The translations under genes and the position numbers were made by a program. Below the pieces are notes generated by a model that saw only the letters and a program-made list of their open reading frames with translations, was not told where the DNA came from and searched no databases. Source: Eledone cirrhosa (taxonomy: Eukaryota). From it: a stretch of 64,000 nucleotides of DNA. Numbering within the stretch: position 1 is the stretch's first letter; each line of letters begins with the position of its first letter. Location of the stretch: positions 188,852,001-188,916,000 of the forward strand of contig OZ024740.1 in NCBI GenBank assembly GCA_964016885.1. The letters run 5' to 3'. Of this stretch, positions 52,865 to 64,000 are shown one piece after another.

Positions 52865-55285
52865 TTAGAAAGATGCAACATGTGACTGTTGCTCACCAAT
52901 TGCAATATTAAAATAACCAAGATAAAGAACAGCAGTCACTCTCTAGGGACTTTATTACTAAGAAGTCCTTCGTAGAAATATAAGATGCAGCTCTTCTTTA
53001 ATGATTTTCTGCATTTATATGAAACTTGTTTCTCCAGTTCTTCTGAAACACCTAAGCTTCCAAGCAATTCTTTCTCTCATAGACATTTTGGCTGAATCAA
53101 TATTCTTTTCTCTTTTTCTGGAAAGTTAGAATTTGATGTTCTTTTCAGTATTCTAAATAATAGTGGTTAGTTTCAAGAAACAATTTACTAATTAAAAGCA
53201 CTGTACTTACAATTTGTCATGTTTTCATCATGAATGACTTCAACAATACCACCAACTATAGTAGTAATGATAATAAAGCTAAAAACGAAGCTACAATCAG
53301 TTTTATAGCAAGATTTAACCTCCTTGTCGTTTCCTCAAAAAAGCCAGAAACAATTTGAGTGATTTCTATCTTTTCATTATCTATTCATTCTCTAATTAGG
53401 AAGAAGCAAAGAAAAGGATACTTGCAAAAGAACTTCTTAATCCTTGTTCACTTTCTCAATTGATGATTAATTGGTGTTACACTTGGTCGTCACTGATTAT
53501 ATATTGTTCCAACACATACAAATTACGTTGAAATAAGCCAAGTTTCTTCTCTTGAACAGCAATGTATATAATCACTTCTTCCAAATTTTAATTTCCTTTT
53601 ATCAATACTTACGTGTTTCCAATTTGGCAATCAAAAATTATTATTGTTTTTTGTTTGTTTGTTCTTTCTTTTTTTTTATTTGAAATCTTTTTCATCTTTC
53701 GTTCATTTTTTATTTTTTTATGTTTAAGTGTTTCTTCTCATTAAGTATTATAATCAATATTTGATTACAAGCAATTATTTCATTGACTGAAAATCACACA
53801 TTTCCAGTAAAATCATTCAAAGGAAATAAAAATAAAATAGCGTTTATCATGTTTTTTTTTTATTTACTTACCTTTAGCTATTGCTTTTAACTTATTAGAG
53901 GACTTTGAAGGGAAGAAACATTCAATATTTCCTAAGAGAAAGGTAAATTTAGGTGACAACGTCGAAGATAAAATTATTTGTATTGTTTATATGTAAAATT
54001 CTATATAAATATGTATGGATATTTTTGAATTCTATTTACATATATATTTCCTATATGAAATTATTATTTCATATAAAATATCAGACAGTAAAGGTCAAAT
54101 GTCTGGAACTAAAAAGTTAATTCAAATCTATTTTACCCCAAAATATATTTTATAATATTGGTTTCTCATATTGTAATTACAGTAGTTAATTAAAAGTTTA
54201 ATCCTTGAGTTTATTTAGTGAATATGATGACAGCAATGCAATTTTAATTGATAAATTCTTTTAAAGTCAGACAGTATCTTAGCTGTTAAATTGTATGTTT
54301 TCACTTTTATGGAAAGCATTTTAAATCCATCTGGATATCATTAACAAATCACCAAGAATATGTGTTTATTCATTAAAAATAGAAAGAATACTTAGATATA
54401 TCTGGGTAGAATGTACAAACAAACCAAACAAAAAGGGAATAGTGTATTACTGGTTTTGGTCCTGCTTCTTGAAGAACTTCATTTGTCATCAGCTCGCAAC
54501 TTCTAATGGATTCATACTGACTTTATCATGGATTTCAGTATATTTTGGACATCTAAGCATGTCTGAACTCACCCTTCTCTCTGCCTGATGACAGATTATT
54601 TCTTCCAGTGAGGAAAATATCAGAAATAAAAGAAGAATAAGACGAAATCCTAGTACTGGATTGGTACTTTAAAGGGAAATTTGACTCCAGCAGAATTTGA
54701 AATTAGAAAGCCAGAATGAATACCTCAAGTTATTTTATCTAACAAGCTTACAACTTTGTTAATTGATAACTTTTTGAAAAACAGTATGACAGAAAAAGAA
54801 AAAACAAATTTTAAAAGACAGAAGAGAGAGAAATTTAATAAGAAATAGAAGAAATTTAAGGAAAATAAAAACACCAAATTATTTTCTGTAACCTGCTTTT
54901 TTTTCCAATTGTTCCTCAATAATTTAGTGTTATGTTGTAACACACTTAAATATTATGATGTTAAAAACTTTCAAAATCATAATTTGTTTGTTTACATTAA
55001 AAATCACCAGGAAAGTTTGCTACTCAGTCATTAATACCCTCATGAAATAAAACCACCATCTTCAGAATAAGCTTTATTGTTAGCATATTTTTTATTATGT
55101 GATCCTATGGCTTAAATCCAGTTCTTTATAATGTTTACATTAACTGAATTAAATACTGGGGTTTTGCTCTTCAATCAATAAATTTGCAGACAGCTATGAA
55201 ACATAGAATTTTATCAAATCTAAGCAATAAAATGTTTCTAATGCCAGTTGGTCTTTTATCGTATTGAAATATTTATGATTCACAG

Positions 55286-55620
55286 ATTTCTGATCTAAAT
55301 TTTTCACTCTATCATTGCACTACATTTTGCATTCTTCTCTTCTTTAGTTTTCAAGTTGATTATTATTATAGTCAAACTGTAGAAAATATTCTTAAAGTGA
55401 ATGTTGAAGCGCAAAACTTTTATTCTGAGAATTTCTGTTGTTCTCAAAATTTTGAATAGGAGCATAATTTAACATTGACGGATTTCTGATCTAAATATTC
55501 CACTCTATCACTGCACAATGCTTTGAATTCTACTCTTCATAGGTTCTCAACTTTTCTCAAACTTGTATGCAAAACTTTTATGCTGAAAATTTGTGTTGTT
55601 CTCAAAATTATGAATAGGAG
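55286..55620. repeat. Diverged tandem duplication (about 180 and 140 bp)
   Basis: GATTTCTGATCTAAAT...GTTGTTCTCAAAATT.TGAATAGGAG occurs twice. Confidence 0.85.
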
Positions 55621-58054
55621 AATCAAGCACATTTTAAGTTTCCATTTGTCTCTAAATAACTTAAAGAAAATTTGCATTTGTAGTTAGTAAAGACAAAAAG
55701 ATAGAAAGAGAGAGTAATAATAGAAAAACTGAATGCTTAATTAGGAATTTTACTCTGGTCTAATAAAACCAATGTTACTTCCAGTTTTATTTCTACATCT
55801 GAAGTTTTCAATTTATTGAATTGAGATTGAAAAAAATTGTAAAGGCAGCTATATGAAAGTCTTTCTATACTTTGCTTTTTAAATATAGATTTTCAAGCAT
55901 TTAGAAACATTTATGGCCTAAAAATGTTTTACTCTCATTTCCATAAAGATAAAACATTTATCAAAAAACATACTACATGTGCTTTTGTTTTATTTATATT
56001 TTTCACATTCGTATATATTAACATAAGCTAGCTTGTACTGTGATGTCTGAAACTAGACTACATCATTATAGAAGGCAGATAACAGCTTAAGACCTTTCTT
56101 AACACAAAGCATTCAGCTGTAAAATCTTTAGTAGCACCTAGTTTCATCACAGTTGAAGGAAATTAAATAATCTTTGCAGTGTCAGTGATTTGAGTTTGAA
56201 TTAGTAAATTTTTATTTCTATTCCAATATCATTTCCACAATATTTACCAAGATAATAATAAATATAATGATGGTAACAGCAGTAAAAACAACTATATGGT
56301 TTGAAACATACATAATTTGGTTAAAATATATACATTTTACTTCCTTTTATTTTATTTTCACTTTAGTTATGAATCTCTATTTTCAGACAGAGAGCAATAT
56401 ATTATGATAAGAAAATGGATTTAGCTCCAATTTATGTTATCATTAATATACTAACAGAATATGTTGTAATAATTGGTATTTATACTATTTCTCTGAATTT
56501 TGAGGTATACTTACTTTTCATTTATATTCTCCATTATGAAATTCTCTGAGTCTTAAGAAAATTACAACTATGTAGCTCTTGCTGTGAAGCTAATGGTATT
56601 TTGAAGTTAATTTTCTTATTTTAGTCATAAACGATATACTAATCTCATTCATATACCATTGTTCTTACACACTCACTTTGTACATAATTAGCTACAGTAA
56701 AATTCAGAATAAACACTATCTAGAAGTGTTATGAAACATAGTGGGAAACAATGCTACGAAGGGTTTCAAGAAATAGATTCTGAATTATGTAATAATAACA
56801 CACAAGCTTATGTACATACACAACATACACATTTACATATTCTTATATATATGTATATATGTGTATGTGTGTGTGTACGTATGTATGTATACAAAATTAC
56901 AGATAAATATTTTATAATATATCAAATGATGTAACATTGACACTATGTGAATTATTTATTATTTATTTATTGTTTATGTATATATTTGTACATTTTCTCA
57001 GGTAAGTTTGTTGAGAATAAGAAAGAGAGAGAGAGAAGAGAAAAGAGTTGTATATTGTCATGTGAATAACTGATGTATATATATGTTCATATATATGTAT
57101 AGATGCATATTTGTAAAAATATGCGTTTGTTTGCCTATGTATTTGTTTGTGTGTTTATGTGTGGCAAACAGGCAGACAAAGAGTCAGACAGACAGGCAAA
57201 CAGATAATAGTAAAAGCAGAAATAAAATTAGTAGCAGACTAAGGAAAATAAATGAACAAATCAATTAGCAAAAATCAGGTTGGAATTTTCATACGGCTGT
57301 GTCTTTCTCAAGAAAAAAATATATATCATTGTACAGCTGCAAAATGACAGAAACAACTATTGCCTAGAAGGAAAGAAGCTGTAAACTTCTATCTAGCAGT
57401 ATTGGAAAACATGTTGAATGCATTCAAGATTGTGTTTAGACTGAGTTAAGAGAGAGCAACCCACAATAGCTTCATCTAAATAATAGTGTCTGATCACACA
57501 GCATCTGTCTGAATTCCATGCATGCTGAGCTATGTAAAAATAGAAGGTAAAAAACATTAAAAAAACAATTATTATTGTTGTTCTCTTTTTTTATTTCTTT
57601 TGGTTCTGGTTATTTCTTCTTTGTTTTGTTTTCTTAATTTGTTCTTAATTTTTTATGATTATTTCTTTCTGCACTTATTTCTTTGCTTTCAAAGCAATGC
57701 ACATTCCATTCCTGATATTCATGAGAACACCTTGCTAACTCTTCCTCTATTCTGTGGTTTCTTTCCACAAATTTCCACAATTTTCCTTTCATTTTGTTGC
57801 TATAATGAAGGATTAGAAGAAAATTAATACACATGACAGAAGTTCAATTTCCATCTATAACAATTCATTGCATGGTTCATTAACAGAACAATTTGAAAGC
57901 AGTCAAACAATAACAACATCATTGATATAACCAATATTTTAAAGTGTTTCCCACTTTATTCATCATTTTTGTTTTTTTATTTACTACTTTCAATATTTTT
58001 GTAATCATCTGTCTTTCATTATCTATTCTATATTAAAAAATACATATTCGTACA

Positions 58055-58428
58055 GTCAGTAGGCACCTCTTAACAAAAATACACCCCCATCCCACTACCC
58101 CCACCCCATCCACATCACCACTTTCGATGTAAAGTTATGTTGGTACCACAACATCCAGTCCACAAATAAATGAAGTCGTGTAGGTGTCACGACAAAAAAA
58201 CACACAGTCCACGCTGTAATGTGGCCGTGTAGGTAACACGGTAAAAACCTCCCAGTCCACACTGTAAACGTGGTTGGTGTTAGGAAGGGCATCCAGCCGT
58301 AGAAAACCTGCCAGACAGTCCTATACGAGCAAGACAACCAATCTTGCCTCAAGTGGGAAAATTCCCATCCAAACCCATGCAAGCATGGAAAATGGACGTT
58401 AAACGATGATGATGATGATGATGATGAT
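58055..58428 (+). mobile_element. RTE 3' UTR fragment with (GAT)n tail
   Basis: Colinear with 41830-42198. Confidence 0.9.
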
Positions 58429-61400
58429 ATGTAACACTTTTCATAAATATATATTTGTGAGTGCAATAGTATTTTCATGTGTGTGTATGTATATAAAATG
58501 AAGTTAGTGAGCAAATTGTTGTTATGGAATCAAAATTGTATTCTTATGCTAACAAGGTTATATTGGTAGTTGATAAAATCAGATTAGCAATTGGTTGTAG
58601 TAATAAATGATTTTAGGCAATTGACTGAAATTATAAAGGAAGCAATTTATTATCACTTCATACCTGTATGTTAAACATTCATGACTTATAAAATCCTCGT
58701 GCAGAAGGCTTAGCATATAAATTATTGATTTAGTTCTTCAGCTTGTATCTTCCAAAGGGTATGTTTATCATGTGGTATCAACAGAATGAAGTTTATAGCT
58801 GTATGCAAGCATGGTTGAGGGGTTAATGAGACTTTCTTGTGACCACATAGTTCCAGCACTTTGGGCATATGTCTCTTACCATAGTCTAAGTGTGATCAAT
58901 ATCTTGTGAGTGGAATCTGTTAGATAAAAGCTATGTGTAAGCTTCACGTGTGTGGGTGTGTGTATCTATGTATGTAACTTTTACTGATGTATATCAGCAT
59001 AGAATATAGACATTACGAAAACTAGAAACAACAGTGTTTGTATGAATTAAGTTCATTGCACTAGCTTAGACATTTCGTTGTCACTCTCACTGTCAAAAAT
59101 GAAGTAAACGAATGATTGATATATGGAAACAAGTAATCAACTGTGAATAAAATAAAATTTGTCCTTTTTGTGTTTATATTTTTTCATGTCTTATAATGTT
59201 AGGTTTCGAGGAGTATTGCATCATCATCATCATCACCTGCTCTTTTTGCTAGCAAAAGTTGGGCAGGTCTACATAGACCAATTCAGTACTGAAGCAGGGC
59301 TACTGACTTTCCAGACAATCTGAGGGTTTTGCATCCTGCTTCCATACAGTCATATCGAGTGCAGAGGTGAAGTTGTGTATTTTGACAGAAACTGAAGGGT
59401 CTTGCCAATCCCTTCCTTGGTAGGCCTTCTACAGGTTGATGTCCTTCTTAACACCAACCACTTTACAGCATTGGTAGAGAAATAATAATATTTAGGTAAA
59501 GTGATTCAGTTAGTTATTATAGCGTGAACATTTAAGTTTTATTTTACATATATTTTTCTTCTAAACTTCACATTAAAGCTTATGATTAAATAGACAATGT
59601 ATTAAGTTCAAATTACTCTGTAAAGTTTGTCATCTTTGACATCATGGTCTATATTAAAATGAAATATTAATGTTTCTGTAGCAAATAGTTTATATAAAAT
59701 TGATTAATTTGTGACATAATTTCAATAGTTTTTATAAGAAGATGTAAAGAAAACTGCTTAAAAATTGAGAGAAATTTTGAGAAATATTTGAAATAGAGAA
59801 TTAGGCAACAAGCCATTTTCAAGCAAGTAAAGTTAAATGTCTTCCTTGGTTACATAATACATGAACAGTGAGAAATACATCAAGAAAATAGCATCTAAGA
59901 GTAAAGGGCTGGCACCTTTTTCGAATTCTGTCTTCACACTTCTCTTATCTAGAAAATAAATGGAAGCTTTTACAAAAATAGAAAGAAAGAAAAAAATAAC
60001 AATAAGTGACGCTAAAAGCTTTGAGTGAATTATTGATATTTTATATTTCAGAAAGATTTTCTGCAAAAAGCAGAACACACACATTAAGAAAACCACTTAT
60101 CTGTCCAAATAATTATGCCTACAAGCAGCATCAGTTGTTGTGTTTGCCAAAAAGATAATCCAATGTTAACTTGCATATTTGTTCTTTCAATAAATTTGTT
60201 AAAAATTACATAACATTATATCAAATTATATATTATTACTTGCATCCAAAGTCTGGGAATTTTATCACAAATGATTAAGAGATATTCACCAGAACAAACA
60301 GATTCCAAATACATTTTTCATCTGCCGTCTTTAAAAATCAAATATATGTATATAATGTATATATGTATATGCATTTGGTAGAGTGTATGTAATTTAATTT
60401 CATTTAACTATCTCTCTCCCCTCTCTCTCTCCCTCTCACACCAAACACGTACACACATAAATGGTATCTGCAAGGCAAAAATAAATGGAGAGCAGCTCTT
60501 CTTTCAAGCATGTCATGCTGAATATATGACTTTATATCGTAAATTTTAAAATATTTTCCATTAAGCTTTTTGAGTTTAAAGATCTTATTTCTCATTCTAC
60601 TATCAACATTGTACAAAAGCAGCTGAATCATTTATATTTCAAGAGTTTTTCCCTTTTACTCAATCACAAGGCACAAGTCTGTCTTTTAAATTTCATTTTT
60701 AAATCATTGATTTCTTAGTTTAGATATATATTAGTTGTTGGTCTTGCTTAGTGTTGTTCAATATCAGGTTTAGCACAAGCCAAATTTGAGGTCAAATACC
60801 TATAATATATACATACATATATTTATTTAAAGCAAACCTTCAGCATGAGAAATACTTGGAACAAGAACATTTTTGATAATTCTTAAATAATAGCATGATA
60901 AGGAACAAAATGTTTCTGATTGCATCTCTGGTTACCTTGCTCAAGCAGTATGTATATGTAGATGCAAGAAATTATTTGATATCTTTCTGTAAATGTGTAT
61001 TTGTTTATTTCTGTATATGTCTAAATGTCAATTAGAGATGTTGAGTAAAAAAAAAAAGAAGTAATATCCAAGTAGCTGTTCTATAAAAAGTATATACATA
61101 TAAATGAAACGAGAAGAAACAACAAAGAAAATTAACTCACGATTGGAATGAAATACAAATATATGCAAGAGATAAGATTTTGTTAATGATACTATTTGCT
61201 GTTGATACTCTAGGGGTTTGGTGGAAACTTTTCTCTGTTTGTCATAAAGATAGCGAGAAGAAAAAAAACAAATATTGTTTATTTACAGTAGTTACAGAGA
61301 TAAAAACAAATATTGGAGGGAAACAATAAAAAAGCAATACATTTTCCTATCATTTTGATAACTTTCTTTTCCTGATAAAAGAATTAACTGAACTAACATA

Positions 61401-62907
61401 AATGTTGATATTCAATGTTTAGTTGCCACAGGTTGTAAATTCCTTAAGAAACAATGGCTAGTAGATAACCTGCTCTATGTCTTTGTGTAAAAAATCAATA
61501 TGTTAATGTTGAAGAGATGCTGATGTAGTAAGATTCTCAAACTAATAAACATATGTTCAGTAGCAATATGGAGTATTTAAGCTAATTGATATCCAGGTAA
61601 ATAATTAATATACTAGCAAGACTTGAGCAAAAACAAGGTAGAAAAGCAACAGAAATAATTATCTAATTACAAAGACAGTGTAATTAATGCTGTGGAGGGA
61701 AGGAAGATTAGTTGATGTTTTCAATACTGATCCCTTGATGTAGAAAGAAGTAAGAGTATAGTGCTATTCTTCTATCTCTACTGGAAAACGGCTGCTTTCC
61801 AAATAATCGAGTTATTTTCCTTCTCCACATACTGTGAATCACATTAAATAATTATCAGGATATCAATTCCTATGTTGATACTGACTAAACCTAGATTACT
61901 CTGGGACTTATTAATTTATTTTATATAAGCTAAGTTTATTATTTAAAAAAGACTAGTCAAATTGTACAGATGTGCTAGTAATGCTTTTATTTTGATGAGA
62001 AGAAATTGTTAATTTGCTGTAATACGGCTCACTGTGTTGAGATTGTAATGTGTTCCTGGATTATTTGCATTATTTCAGGTGTCTTACTCACAACCTTAAA
62101 CACAAATTCTAACTAAGCATAAAGCAATTATTGCAGTGATTAACAAAAGATTTTACTCTGTACTCGTATCTATGAAAGTGAATCTGTAGTCTAATTTTGG
62201 GTTATGATTCAATATTATTTCTGTTATTTTGCAAATGAGTGTTGGAAAGTATGGTAATCACAACTTCCCATTGCCTCTGTATATATAAAGTGATACACTT
62301 TGTTAGAAACCATTATTAAATATCTATAATTAAAGAAATAAAATCTTCTGTGTATACTTATTGAACTTGAAGATGTATATTTTGATTTCTTGTCAACTTT
62401 CATGTGTTAAAACATGAAATTGAGTTTAGCTTTATTATTTTCTGCTGTTTAAGAAGAGAGTGGAGGATTGGCAGTTTCAGTAGAGCAACAGACAACATGC
62501 TATATGGCATAGAGTTACTGCCCTTTACATTGTGAATGCAAATCCTGTAATGGTTAACCTTGTCTTTCATCTTCACACAGTTGTAAAATAAAATATAAGT
62601 AATGCACTTGTGTCAATTTAGTTGACTTCTCCTGACCCCACATTGTTGGCCTTGTGCCTAAATCAGAAACCATTATTTTGTACCATTTTATAAAAGATGT
62701 TTTATTTCATTTCACAAGTTTTAAAACCTTGTTTAAATGGATGAAAAGTAATATTAAGCTTTACCTACTTAAGATGCTATTGGTATTAGGTTACTAATGC
62801 ATAGAAAGCTAAACACCACCAAGTGCTAAGAGACATCAATATAATACCATTGTTACAGATGTGTTTGCCTATATCTGCATGTAAGTATCTGTGTATATGT
62901 ACTTTTG

Positions 62908-62946
<39 letters not shown>

Positions 62947-63040
62947 GTGTGTGTGTGTGTATGGGCTCATATAATATATATGTAAATATATATATATTCT
63001 TTGCTTAAACTTTAATCTGTTATTTTAATAAATATATATA

Positions 63041-63385
63041 TCATCATCATTCATCATTTCATTTTACGTCCGCTTTTTCCCTGCTTGCAAGGGTGAGACC
63101 GGAACTGATTCTGGCTTGATTTCTACAGCTGGATGCCCTTCCTAACACCAATCTCATTTACAGTGAGTGCTGGGTGCTTTTTTGCTGTGGCACCTCCACG
63201 ACCACTTTGCAGTGGAATGATAAGCACCCCTGTCCCTATCATCTCATTTCTACAGCTGAGTAAACTGGAGCAATGTGAAATAAAGTGTCTTGCTCAAGGA
63301 AACAACACATCACCCGGTCTGAGAATTGAACTCACAACCTTTTTATTGCAAGGCCAATGTTCTAACCACTAAGCCATCTGCCTCA
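63041..63385 (-). mobile_element. Full-length tRNA-derived SINE
   Basis: Homolog of 10867-11214. Confidence 0.85.
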
Positions 63386-63613
63386 TGTATATATGTATGT
63401 GTGTGTCTGATAGTAGCTAAGATGCTTCCATAGGCGGTATGCTGGTTGAGCACTCTATGCTCTTTCAGTGAGAGAATATGCTCCGAAATCATTAGACGTG
63501 TCTGTCGAACCTGCGGGTCCAGGATCAGACAGATCCACACAATGATCCGCCGAGGAAACAATTGTAACACACAATAAATAGAGTTCAGATGCATTATTGA
63601 TTTTTCGTTTTCT

Positions 63614-63658
<45 letters not shown>

Positions 63659-63782
63659 CATTTCCATATGAGTAAGACACAGTCACCTAACCCAGCTTGC
63701 CTCATATGGGACAACCTGTTTAACCGATGCTAGCATGGAAGATGGACATATGATGATGACGATCATGATTATATATATATAT

Positions 63783-64000
63783 AAAGACTAAAGTGTTGAT
63801 AAGTAGAAAATAGGACAAACCTCTGATTCCATCAGAGAAATGGCCATGTTCGCTATGAAGAAAAGGAGTTTGCATAAATTTTATAAAATGTACACAATGC
63901 AGATCTTGGGTACATAAGAGATGTAGTGGGATAACAGGCAAACTAACAGGTAGGGAAAACTACATATGCAGTAGATGTACAGGGAAATTTGACAGTAGAA
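63783..64000 (+). pseudogene. RTE ORF fragment (Cys/His finger region), runs off the window
   Basis: KTKVLISRK*..LIPSEKWPCSL*RKGVC....CTQCRSWVHKRCSGITG, homologous to 48386-48580. Confidence 0.85.

Overview
AT-rich eukaryotic (metazoan) repeat-dominated DNA. The huge (TA)n arrays, RTE LINEs with (CAT)n tails and tRNA-derived SINEs suggest a cephalopod/octopus-like genome; this is inference only. There is no confident intact host gene, and almost all long ORFs in the track are microsatellite artefacts. Real coding remnants are all from retroelements: RTE, CR1-group, R4/Dong-like (split by a 450-bp solo-LTR-like insert) and Penelope-like (PLE; one decayed RT and one GIY-YIG C-terminus). A 284-bp non-autonomous Helitron is also present. 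The most striking signal is at least 10 well-formed and several decayed type I hammerhead ribozyme (HHR) motifs from several sequence families. They lie in short elements inserted in (TA)n tracts, often as outward-facing inverted duplications. One HHR sits directly downstream of the PLE GIY-YIG ORF. One family carries a CCGAAGA (U4C) core in all five copies, and three motifs have stem II expanded to about 85-105 nt. All structures were folded by eye and none was tested computationally.
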